The position numbers and the translations under genes were made by a program. The notes beneath the pieces are model-generated. The model worked only from the letters and a program-made list of their open reading frames with translations, had not been told where the DNA came from and ran no database searches. From Planctomycetota bacterium (GTDB lineage Bacteria > Planctomycetota > SZUA-567 > H5-PLA8), in assembly GCA_038227875.1 (NCBI GenBank), contig JBBRPR010000002.1, forward strand, positions 32,001 to 96,000: a DNA stretch of 64,000 nt. The letters run 5' to 3'. How positions within the stretch are numbered: position 1 is the first letter of the stretch; every line of letters starts with the position of its first letter. Positions 55,498 to 64,000 of the stretch are shown piece by piece.

Positions 55498-57123
55498 TTA
55501 GTGGCGAAAATGCCGGACGCCTGTCATCACCATCGCCACGTTGAAGCGGTCACAGGTTTCGATCACTTCTTTGTCCTTTACACTGCCGCCAGGTTGAATG
55601 ATCGCGGTGACACCGGCGCGCGCGGCGGCTTCGGGGCCGTCGGGGAAGGGGAAGAAGGCATCGCTGGCCAGAACCGTGTCCTTGGCCCTGTCGCCGGCCT
55701 TCTTGATGGCAATTTCGACCGAGTCGACGCGCGACATCTGGCCGGCACCCACACCGACGACGGAACAGCCCTTCGCCAGGACGATCGCGTTGGATTTGAC
55801 ATGCTTGCAGACGATCCACGAGAATTTCAGCGCGTCGAGCTCCGCCGCCGTGGGCGCGCGCTTGGTCACGGTCTTCAGATTGGCGAACTCTTCCTCCCAC
55901 AGCGAGACATCGGGACTCTGGACGAGGATGCCGCCAGGAATCGTGCGGATGTCGCGGTACTGGGCCGAGTGCGCACCGCCATTGTTGGAGCGTTTGAATT
56001 TTTCAAGCGAGCCTGCCTCGATCACGATCACATTCGCGCCCCACTTTTTCTTGGTGGTGAGCGCCTGCAGCGCATCCGGCGTGATGCTCGGCGCAACGAT
56101 GGCGTCGACTTTGAAGCCCGACGCGCCGAGAATCGCTTCGGCGATGTCGAGCGTCAGCGGGCGGTTCATCCCCAGCACACCGCCGAACGCCGACAGCGGG
56201 TCGCCGGCGTACGCTTCCAGATAGGCGTTGATCAGCGTGTCGCTGGTCGCGACGCCGCAGGGGTTGTTGTGTTTGACGACGGAAACCGCCGGCGTGGAGA
56301 ACTCCTTCACGATTTCGAAGGCGGTGTTCAGGTCGAGAACATTGTTGAAGCCGACTTCCTTGCCCCACACCTGCTTGCCGCCGGCGACGCTGGGTTCGTT
56401 GAAGCCGGGGAGCGCGTAAATCGCCGCGCCTTTCTGATGCGGATTTTCGCCATAACGCAGCGCCTGCTTCAGCGCGCCGCTGACGCTCACGGTCTGCGGG
56501 GCGTCGCCTTCGCCGAGGCTCTCGAGGTACGCGCAGATGGCGCCGTCGTAGCGGCTGGTCAGTGCGAAGACTTTCGAGGCCAGGCGCAACCGCGTGGGGC
56601 GCGTGGTGTTACCCATCGCGCGGAGCTCGCGCAGCACCGCGGTGTAGTCACTGGGGTCGGTGATGACGGTGACCGATTCCCAGTTTTTCGCCGCCGAGCG
56701 GATCATTGACGGGCCGCCGATGTCGATCTGCTCGATCGCTTCTTCGGGCGTCACGCCGCCTTTGGCGATGGTCTGTTCGAACGGGTAGAGATTCACCACG
56801 ACCAGGTCGATGGGCAGGATGCCGTGTTCTTTCGCCTGTGCCAAATGCGCGGGAAGATCGCGCCGGTAGAGCAGGCCGCCGTGGACTTTCGGGTGGAGCG
56901 TTTTAACGCGGCCGTCCATGATTTCGGGGAAGCCGGTGAGTTCGCTGATGTCCTTGACCTTCAGCCCCGCGTCGCGCAGCGCCTTGGAGGTGCCGCCGGT
57001 GGAAATCAGTTCAACATTCATGCCGGCCAGCGATTTGGCAAACTCGGCAATCCCGGTCTTATCGGAGACGGAAATCAGCGCACGTTGAATGGCGGCCGGG
57101 GCAGAAGAGGCAGAGGCGGACAT
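55498..57123 (-). CDS. purH: Bifunctional AICAR transformylase/IMP cyclohydrolase
   Basis: RALISVSDKTG, GRVKTLHP, IDIGGPSM, LRYGENPHQ, KHNNPCG, SDAFFPF and RHFRH. Confidence 0.97.
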   Translation of the reverse strand: MSASASSAPAAIQRALISVSDKTGIAEFAKSLAGMNVELISTGGTSKALRDAGLKVKDISELTGFPEIMDGRVKTLHPKVHGGLLYRRDLPAHLAQAKEHGILPIDLVVVNLYPFEQTIAKGGVTPEEAIEQIDIGGPSMIRSAAKNWESVTVITDPSDYTAVLRELRAMGNTTRPTRLRLASKVFALTSRYDGAICAYLESLGEGDAPQTVSVSGALKQALRYGENPHQKGAAIYALPGFNEPSVAGGKQVWGKEVGFNNVLDLNTAFEIVKEFSTPAVSVVKHNNPCGVATSDTLINAYLEAYAGDPLSAFGGVLGMNRPLTLDIAEAILGASGFKVDAIVAPSITPDALQALTTKKKWGANVIVIEAGSLEKFKRSNNGGAHSAQYRDIRTIPGGILVQSPDVSLWEEEFANLKTVTKRAPTAAELDALKFSWIVCKHVKSNAIVLAKGCSVVGVGAGQMSRVDSVEIAIKKAGDRAKDTVLASDAFFPFPDGPEAAARAGVTAIIQPGGSVKDKEVIETCDRFNVAMVMTGVRHFRH

Positions 57124-57273
57124 GGCGGATCCTTTTTGCGAAGCGGAAAACAAGGGTGAATTGACGATGCCGTCTAAGTTAACGGTCGAGGGAGAATGTT
57201 GCGAGCGATTTTAGCGGCGGGATTTCTGATCTCACGGCACACCGCGCAATGCAACGAATGGTATACGGAACAC

Positions 57274-58086
57274 TCACTTCGTTGAGGAGGCGCGGAGGGG
57301 TGTGCGCTCTTCTGATTCAGTAGTGGAAGGAATGCTATCATGGGATGTGATGACGTGGGGGATTTCCAGTTTCTCCGTGTCCTGTGCGCGAAAGCAGGCG
57401 TCAAAGAGCAGCTTAAAACAAAGATAGTTTGCGGCCATGACGCTGAGCACCACACCACTGGCGTACACGGGAAAATGGATGGAGTTCAAGAGTGGGAACA
57501 CCAGTGGCAGCACGATCAGTCCGGCCAATGTTCCCAGCAAGGAGGCGCGTGCGCCGACCACGAGAGCGCTGAAAATTCCTTCGAACCCGCCACGCAACGG
57601 CATCGATGCGGCGATCATCGAGCAGGCGATGGGATAGGCGACAATCAATTTCAATTCGGAGTTGGATCTGCTTTCGCTGACCACGTAAAGGATCACCATG
57701 GTGGAGAGGAGCATGGCGCCGGCGTCTTCAATCAAGGCGCGACCCATCTGCAGCACGGCCACCAGCGTGATGATTGCGAAATAGATGATGACGAACTTTA
57801 AGGCCGCGGAGGAGTCCGCCGCGTAGATCGACGCGAGCCCCGCCAGCGCGCCGACTGGCACGGCAAGGACGCTGCGGCCAAGGTCGCCGATGGCGACGGT
57901 CATCAAATAGCCATTCCCCGCGCATAAAACAATGAAGAACAGTTTGGCGGCGCGAAATAATTCACCGGGCTGATCCATCTCCGCGCCGTTGTTAAACGCG
58001 GCCATCGTGGCCACACCCGCGATCAACGGGATGGCCATGGCCAGTGCGCCCCACGGCCAGCGTCTGAACTTCGGTTGCGAGGTCAT
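57274..58086 (-). CDS. Multi-pass hypothetical membrane protein
   Basis: About 8 hydrophobic segments. Confidence 0.65.
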   Translation of the reverse strand: MTSQPKFRRWPWGALAMAIPLIAGVATMAAFNNGAEMDQPGELFRAAKLFFIVLCAGNGYLMTVAIGDLGRSVLAVPVGALAGLASIYAADSSAALKFVIIYFAIITLVAVLQMGRALIEDAGAMLLSTMVILYVVSESRSNSELKLIVAYPIACSMIAASMPLRGGFEGIFSALVVGARASLLGTLAGLIVLPLVFPLLNSIHFPVYASGVVLSVMAANYLCFKLLFDACFRAQDTEKLEIPHVITSHDSIPSTTESEERTPLRASSTK

Positions 58087-58260
58087 GCGTCAATCTCCGC
58101 CCGGAAACAGCCACATCTGAAACCGCCCTTTTTCCTCGAGGTCACTGAATGAAAGTACAATTTTCTTGCCTCATTATGTCGGACTTATAACTGGACAGGC
58201 GGGGCGTTTCGGGTACACCCCAACTATCACCGTATTGCCACGTCTCCTTTTGGAGGTGTC

Positions 58261-60303
58261 TTGATGCCCACGCGCCGCGCCACGCCCGCAACTCCCGTGT
58301 TTCCCCGCAACGCCACACCACCGGACAAACATGGCTATCCGCATTACCAGCGCATGGCCGCAGCCACGGTGAATTTCAAGCGCGCGTATCTGAAAGAGAT
58401 CGCGGCGCGGCGGGACGTTCGCGCGAAGCTCTACCGCGGCCGGGCGAATGTGGCGAAATTCGCGCGGCGTGTGCCGGTGCTGCGAGCACAACTGGCGGAG
58501 TGCCTCGGGTTGGCGCTCGCGGCACGTAACCCGGTCGAACGGCCCCCGCGATTCGTGCGGGGAAATCCCTTGTTCTCGAAAACGCCGGAGCCGGGTACGC
58601 CGGCGTGGGCGGCCGATCTGCGCACAATTTATTACGACCTGCCCAACGCGGCATGGGACGGCGGGTCGGTGGAATTGATGGTGCTGAAGAGTGTGCAGCA
58701 CCGCGATCCGAAGTTGGCGCCGGTGTTGTTGATTCCCGATTCCGGCGCGGTGCTCTTCGGCGCGCAGAGCCCCGAGACGGCGGCGCGCGCGTGGGGCCTG
58801 GAACTGGCGGCCGCGGGATTTGTCGTCGGGATTCCCAAACTGCCCGGGCTGGAGCGTTTCTCCGCGACGCAGAACAAGCGGCGGTTGCTGGAAGGCGCGT
58901 GCACGCTGGGCGAAGTCGTCGGCGAAGCGGCGCGAGCGCTCGACGGATTGCTTCACCTATCGCCGGACAAAGCCAGGCGCGCGTGGATCGCCGGTTCCGG
59001 CGTCGGTGCCACAGCGGCGCTGCTGCTCGGCGCAACTGATGGGCGCACGGCCGGTGTGCTCTGCGATGAACTGCTGGCGATCGGTACGGGCTCGGACGTG
59101 GATGCGCTGATGGTGCCGCGCTTCAATCGGACCACGGACCTGCATGAGATCGTCGCGTCGCTCTCGCCACGGCCGGTGGTCTTCGTGAAGCCCGCGCCAG
59201 GAACGAATGGGCTGGCGGCGAATCCGGATGCGCTGCGCACAGCCTCGAAGAGCGCGACGGTTTTTCGCGCCGGGCAGAAGTCCGCTGTCATCGCGTGGAT
59301 GAAGTCGCGCAAACTCGACGCGGTGAAGTCCGCTCCGCAGAATGTGATCGTGCGCGGGAAGATTCCGAATCGGAAGTACGCCATCTGTAACGTGCCGGAC
59401 GCGAAAACGTGGCAGCAGTGGGCCAAAAAGCTCCGCGCCACGTACCGCGTCCAAGCGGGCATGCCGGCCGTTAGCAAACCGCTGGACGTTAAATTAATGG
59501 GGCGCGTCGAACTTCCCGACTGCACGCGCGAAGAGTACCACGTCCGCACGGGCGAATTCACGTGGTCGAACCTCACCTTCCTGCGTCCCCACGGACCGAA
59601 GCGAAAACGGACGACGATCCTGCATCTTCCCGGATCGGGCAGCGACGTGGCGCAAGTGGAGCATCCTTACGGCCACGAAATTGTCGCGGAAGGCTGGAAT
59701 GCGTGCATTATCGATGCGCGCGTGGCGCTCTATCCGTGGCTGCCGAACATTCCGGAAGGCACGGCCATGATCAACCAGTCGCTGCACGATTTGTGCTGCT
59801 GCCTGGATTACGTAGCCTCACGCGACGATGTGGACGCGGCGCGCATCGGCTGCATGGGCGTGTCGCAGGGCGGCACCCATACGTGGATGCTCGCCGCGAT
59901 GGACGACCGCATCGCGGCCGCCGCACCGATCTGCGGCGCCTGCACCTACCGATCATTGTGGGATGAATGGCGAACGGAGTGGTACGACGGCGAGTTCTTG
60001 AGCTTTCTCGACAGCGGCACGATCTATTACACCACGCCGGGCGTGCTGCATCTCGGTGACCAGCAGGATCTCTGCGGGCTGATCGCGCCGCGCCCGTTCG
60101 CGCTGATCGGCGCCAATCACGACAATTGTTTTCCGCTCAGTGGCATGCGCGAATGCGACCGCGATTTGACGCGGCTCTACCGACTGCACGGCAAGGCGGA
60201 GAATTTTCTCTACTACGAATTCGACGGCGAGCACAGCATGCCCGAGCATTCACGGCGCGCGGCGTATGCGTTTTTTAAGAAGGCGGGAATCGGCGGTCAC
60301 TGA
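58261..60303 (+). CDS. Alpha/beta hydrolase (dienelactone hydrolase/acetylxylan esterase-like), tandem domains
   Basis: C-terminal domain RDDVDAARIGCMGVSQGG, LIAPRP, D and H triad residues; the N-terminal copy is degenerate. Confidence 0.8.
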   Translation: MMPTRRATPATPVFPRNATPPDKHGYPHYQRMAAATVNFKRAYLKEIAARRDVRAKLYRGRANVAKFARRVPVLRAQLAECLGLALAARNPVERPPRFVRGNPLFSKTPEPGTPAWAADLRTIYYDLPNAAWDGGSVELMVLKSVQHRDPKLAPVLLIPDSGAVLFGAQSPETAARAWGLELAAAGFVVGIPKLPGLERFSATQNKRRLLEGACTLGEVVGEAARALDGLLHLSPDKARRAWIAGSGVGATAALLLGATDGRTAGVLCDELLAIGTGSDVDALMVPRFNRTTDLHEIVASLSPRPVVFVKPAPGTNGLAANPDALRTASKSATVFRAGQKSAVIAWMKSRKLDAVKSAPQNVIVRGKIPNRKYAICNVPDAKTWQQWAKKLRATYRVQAGMPAVSKPLDVKLMGRVELPDCTREEYHVRTGEFTWSNLTFLRPHGPKRKRTTILHLPGSGSDVAQVEHPYGHEIVAEGWNACIIDARVALYPWLPNIPEGTAMINQSLHDLCCCLDYVASRDDVDAARIGCMGVSQGGTHTWMLAAMDDRIAAAAPICGACTYRSLWDEWRTEWYDGEFLSFLDSGTIYYTTPGVLHLGDQQDLCGLIAPRPFALIGANHDNCFPLSGMRECDRDLTRLYRLHGKAENFLYYEFDGEHSMPEHSRRAAYAFFKKAGIGGH

Positions 60304-60770
60304 TGAATCGATTGATCCCAACCAGGGCCAGAATGCATTCCAGATTCAGGCTCAACCGAAACCCAGTCAGACATACTCAACGGCGGTTCGCCTTTCTCGG
60401 CGCGATCGATCATCTCGACTAGAATGCTCAGACAAAGGATCCAATCTTTGTGAAGTTTGCTGGTGTCGGTGAATTGCAACCGATGAAGTGCTCGCCGCGC
60501 GGCGGCGTAGAAGCGTTGATGATTGTCGACGGTCAGTTCTCGAAGATCCAAATGGCGAAGCACATTCTCATTGTCCGATTTTCTTATCCAACAGTAATCA
60601 ATATCGATATCGTCGGGACCGGGCAGTAACCCGCGCAGCCAAGTCGCCAGATCTTTTTCTGCCGGGGAGTTTATGAGTTCGTCGATAACTCCATTGATAG
60701 CGGCGTCATAGAATGTCCAGCGCCGGGCAAAGCATCTACCGTCGTGAAGAATGATGAAGCCACTGGCCAT
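60297..60770 (-). CDS. Hypothetical protein (lower GC)
   Basis: 157-aa ORF filling the space between flanking genes. Confidence 0.6.
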   Translation of the reverse strand: MASGFIILHDGRCFARRWTFYDAAINGVIDELINSPAEKDLATWLRGLLPGPDDIDIDYCWIRKSDNENVLRHLDLRELTVDNHQRFYAAARRALHRLQFTDTSKLHKDWILCLSILVEMIDRAEKGEPPLSMSDWVSVEPESGMHSGPGWDQSIHQ

Positions 60771-60815
60771 GCTAAATTATCACGTAGAATTCGAATATAG
60801 ATACGGTGTGTGGCG

Positions 60816-61316
60816 CTACTCGAGCGGCTCTTTCGCTTCGCCGTCCTTCGTAACGGGCGTGGGTGCGGCGAGATCCATGATCTTCTTCTTTTCCTGCTCG
60901 GTGAGCTTGGGCCAGGCGGCCTTGATGCGGTTGAGCTCACGTTCGGCGGCCAGTGAGCGAACGGCATCGTCGGGCTTGCGCAGCGCCGCGGCGGGCACGC
61001 GTTCGTGGATTTCGGATGTGTCGAACTTGGGCATGTGGGCTGTGTGCAACGAGAACGCAAAAGCGGCGTTGGTTAGCATCCAGAGCGTGAACGACGCGGT
61101 TTCGAAAGCGACGGGGCGGAATTCGGTGACGATCATCACGTAAAGTGAAGCCAGCGCGGCGGCTCCGTAAGCGCTGACGGAGATCGCGACCAGCGGCAGG
61201 GCGTAATCGCCGTGAAGCAATTCAGAAACGATGAAGAGACCGACGACTTGAAACGTCAACCCAACGAACAAGTCTGTTCGTCGCTGGCGGACTGTCATCA
61301 GTTCGGCCGTTCGCAC
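60816..61316 (-). CDS. Hypothetical membrane protein
   Basis: Three hydrophobic segments and a charged tail. Confidence 0.6.
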   Translation of the reverse strand: MRTAELMTVRQRRTDLFVGLTFQVVGLFIVSELLHGDYALPLVAISVSAYGAAALASLYVMIVTEFRPVAFETASFTLWMLTNAAFAFSLHTAHMPKFDTSEIHERVPAAALRKPDDAVRSLAAERELNRIKAAWPKLTEQEKKKIMDLAAPTPVTKDGEAKEPLE

Positions 61317-61473
61317 GGATATGCCCCTCAGCCATGGATCGGGATCGACTCTTTATACGCATTACGCTAACGATCAGTGCGGTGAGTGTCCACAATAAAG
61401 ACGTTTCTGGCGATTATAAATTTCCAAGAAAATTGAATTAGGGATCTGGTGGGGTAGTAGGTACGACGCACCG

Positions 61474-62268
61474 CTACGCAATTTTTACGGCGATCATCGT
61501 GATGTCGTCTTCCTGTTCCAAAGCGCCAATGTGGCTCTGGACGGATTCTTCCATCAGGTCGATCATTTCGGCGGCGGACAAGGAGTAGTTTTTGACCAGC
61601 AGATCTTTGATCCGCTCTTCGCCAAACTCTTCCTTGTTCTTATTCGGAGCTTCTGAGAGACCGTCCGTGTACTGGAAAAGCAGGTCGCCCTGGCAGAGCT
61701 GGATGGTTTCTTCCTTGGTGACGACGCCAAATGTTTTGCCGGTTTTATCGACGCCGATGACCATGCCGTTGGGTTTGATCTCAGTGATGACCGGGTTGCG
61801 GCGCGGGTTGACGAGGTACGGCGGGCTGTTGCCGGCGCGCGCGAATTTGAAAATGTGCTGCTGCGTATCGAGAATGCCATAAGCGGCGGAGACGAACGTC
61901 TGGCCGTCGAGGTCCTTGCCCAGATCGGCGTTGGTCAGGGCCAGCGCCTGGAGCGGGCTGGAGAGTCCGCGCGCGTAAATCTGAAGCGCTTTCTTGGCCA
62001 TCCCCATGATGATCCCGGCTTCGACGCCGTGACCGGAAACGTCGCCCATGGCGATACCGATCTCGTGATCGGAGACCATGATGAAATCGTAGAAGTCGCC
62101 GGAGACGTTCGCGCACGGTAAGTAGAGACTCTTAAAATCGTAGCCGGGCAGTTTGGGCATGGTCGGGAGCATGTGAAGCTGGCGCTGACGCGCCGTCTTC
62201 ATGCTCTTTTCCATCTCCGTTTTTTGACGGAGCTCCGTGGCGAGTTGTTTTAGTCTTGAGGCATCCAT
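61474..62268 (-). CDS. Stand-alone PP2C/SpoIIE (RsbU-like) protein phosphatase
   Basis: VSGDFYD, GDVSGHG, RAG, YTDGLSEA and DDIT. Confidence 0.92.
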   Translation of the reverse strand: MDASRLKQLATELRQKTEMEKSMKTARQRQLHMLPTMPKLPGYDFKSLYLPCANVSGDFYDFIMVSDHEIGIAMGDVSGHGVEAGIIMGMAKKALQIYARGLSSPLQALALTNADLGKDLDGQTFVSAAYGILDTQQHIFKFARAGNSPPYLVNPRRNPVITEIKPNGMVIGVDKTGKTFGVVTKEETIQLCQGDLLFQYTDGLSEAPNKNKEEFGEERIKDLLVKNYSLSAAEMIDLMEESVQSHIGALEQEDDITMIAVKIA

Positions 62269-62483
62269 ACGTTGAATACGAGCCCTGGGTGTAACGGGCC
62301 TGATGAAATACACACGTCTACTTCAGCGCGTTCGCGCACAGGCGAATTTCATCAGGTCCGCCACTACACACACGTTCACTCTACCTGACCCGTGCACATA
62401 GAGTCAAACGCGTATTCGCTAGATAAAAATCTAAGTGAACCTTCGGCAGAAACTGCGCGCGGAAACTACCGGATGCAACACAC

Positions 62484-63437
62484 TCAAGCGTTGATTCCCG
62501 GCACCATCGGCAGGTCTTCTCCGTCTTCAGCTTCCTTTGGCACTTCCTTGGGCTTTTCGACGAAGCGTTTGTCGTGGCGCTGGCGGGCGTCGGCCAGGAA
62601 GCGGAAGAGGCGTTCGCGCGCGGCTTCGGCGCCTGGCGTACCGTGCATCGCCAGCATTTCCACTTCGTTGGCGAGGCTCAGCAATTCCTGGCCGAGTTCC
62701 TTCAAGGCCTTGCCGACTTCATGGGCGTTCTGATCGGCGATGTCAGTCCACATCGCCGGATCGCTGCCCGCCAGCCGTGTGGTGTCGCGCAGGCCGGGGC
62801 CGGAGATTTCCAGCGACTTGTCCGTTTGAATGTCGATTAGCGCCGCGGCGAGAATGTGCGGCAGATGGCTGGAGCGCGCGAGCACCGCGTCGTGTTCGTC
62901 CGGTGGCATGCGGAACGTGCGAAGATTGAGCGCCTTCCAGAATTCTTCGACCTTGCGGTACGCTTCGATGTCCGTCTGCTGTGTCGGCGTGATCACGCAG
63001 GGCGCGTGGTCGAGCACAACCAGGTCGGAGGCTTCGATGCCCTTCTTTTCACTGCCGGCGATGGGATGGCTGCCGACGAAACTGACTTTGGATTTGGAGC
63101 GGTGGATCAGATTTTCGATCTCGCGGACGATCACGCCCTTTGAAGAGCCGATGTCGGTGATGATCGCGCCTTCGCGGCAGGCGGGAAGCACGGCGGCAGC
63201 GGCGTCGAGAATGGTGCGGACGGGAACGCAGAGGATAATCAGGTCGGCATTCTGAACCGCGGAGCGCAGGTCGACGCTGGCATCGTCCACGGCGCCTTTC
63301 AAGCGCGCGCGTTCGATGGTCTCGGCGTTATCCGCGGCTCCGACGACGCGGTTGGCTGCGCCTGTTCGGCGGGCCGCCATACCAATGGCGCCGCCCATCA
63401 TACCCAACCCTACAATGCACAACCGATGTACGACCAC
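62484..63437 (-). CDS. tyrA: Prephenate/arogenate dehydrogenase
   Basis: IVGLGMMGG, DIGSSK, SHPIAGSE, HD..LARSSHLPH and LRDTTRLA; GTG start after GAGGG. Confidence 0.9.
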   Translation of the reverse strand: MVVHRLCIVGLGMMGGAIGMAARRTGAANRVVGAADNAETIERARLKGAVDDASVDLRSAVQNADLIILCVPVRTILDAAAAVLPACREGAIITDIGSSKGVIVREIENLIHRSKSKVSFVGSHPIAGSEKKGIEASDLVVLDHAPCVITPTQQTDIEAYRKVEEFWKALNLRTFRMPPDEHDAVLARSSHLPHILAAALIDIQTDKSLEISGPGLRDTTRLAGSDPAMWTDIADQNAHEVGKALKELGQELLSLANEVEMLAMHGTPGAEAARERLFRFLADARQRHDKRFVEKPKEVPKEAEDGEDLPMVPGINA

Positions 63438-63642
63438 GCGTGATTCCCTCGTCTCAAAAATGACACGGGTGATAGGGTAGCAGATGCGGCGAGAGGGTTC
63501 AAGTCGGGTGCGGTGGGGGGGCGAATTCGCGCCTTCGGCTTTCCTGAGGAGAATTGCGCCGGCATCCTCCCCAGACACAGTCAGGACATTGGGTGCCTCG
63601 CAACAAAGCTTGATGTGTGAACGGAACCGATATGGAAATTGT

Positions 63643-63984
63643 CTACGCGTCCAAACCCAGCTTCGTTTTCATTTCTTGCGCCTGCGACTCAGACAGGGCG
63701 CAGAAATGGCGTTTGTCTTCGGAGATGACAATAGTCACGGGTTTGGTGAAATGCTTGACGTGGGGATTGGGCGCTCGATTCAGGTGTGCGGGATCGATGG
63801 TGATCACGTTCGTGTCGTAAATCTGGGTCGGATCCTTTTCGTCGGTCACCGGAGCAACCCACCACTCTTCGATGACGGCGGGTTCCAGATCGATGATCGT
63901 CGCTTCAAATGTCGGGACGCAGAACGCTTTTCCGTCAAAGGCGCAATAGCGTATGTCCTTGTATTTTTCAGCCAGCGTAGCCAT
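63643..63984 (-). CDS. Hypothetical protein
   Basis: 113-aa ORF with a GAGGA SD and coding-like codon usage. Confidence 0.7.
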   Translation of the reverse strand: MATLAEKYKDIRYCAFDGKAFCVPTFEATIIDLEPAVIEEWWVAPVTDEKDPTQIYDTNVITIDPAHLNRAPNPHVKHFTKPVTIVISEDKRHFCALSESQAQEMKTKLGLDA

Positions 63985-64000
63985 GTCGATTTCCTCAAAA

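Noticed and set aside
57124..57273. ZMP/ZTP riboswitch upstream of purH
   Set aside because: The conserved riboswitch sequence elements could not be found by eye.

Overview
A GC-rich bacterial chromosomal window of about 55 CDS and one tRNA-Arg(CCT). A Planctomycetota/PVC-type organism is inferred from the membrane-tethered ECF sigma factors, the large PKD and beta-helix secreted proteins, and the many glycan-active enzymes. Housekeeping genes (prmC, cinA, cimA, dinB, recQ, purH, tyrA) are interspersed with accessory modules: sialidase, DUF4091, heparinase and beta-helix enzymes; c-di-GMP enzymes; two divergent membrane-anchored ECF sigmas; a FeeM-like N-acyl amino acid synthase coupled to a VAO/PCMH-family flavoprotein; an atypical MotA/TolQ plus two ExbD-like motor operon; and a two-component cluster. 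No integrase, transposase, CRISPR array or rRNA was seen. The most unusual non-coding signals are two. (i) A family of 26-bp ACC-N20-GGT palindromes whose interiors differ in sequence but stay self-complementary, found as tandem pairs and as an array with a period of about 35 bp in promoter regions. (ii) Several long inverted repeats built from 7-8-bp tandem units, one pair of which brackets a whole gene. All functional calls come from motif recognition by eye; no database search was run.
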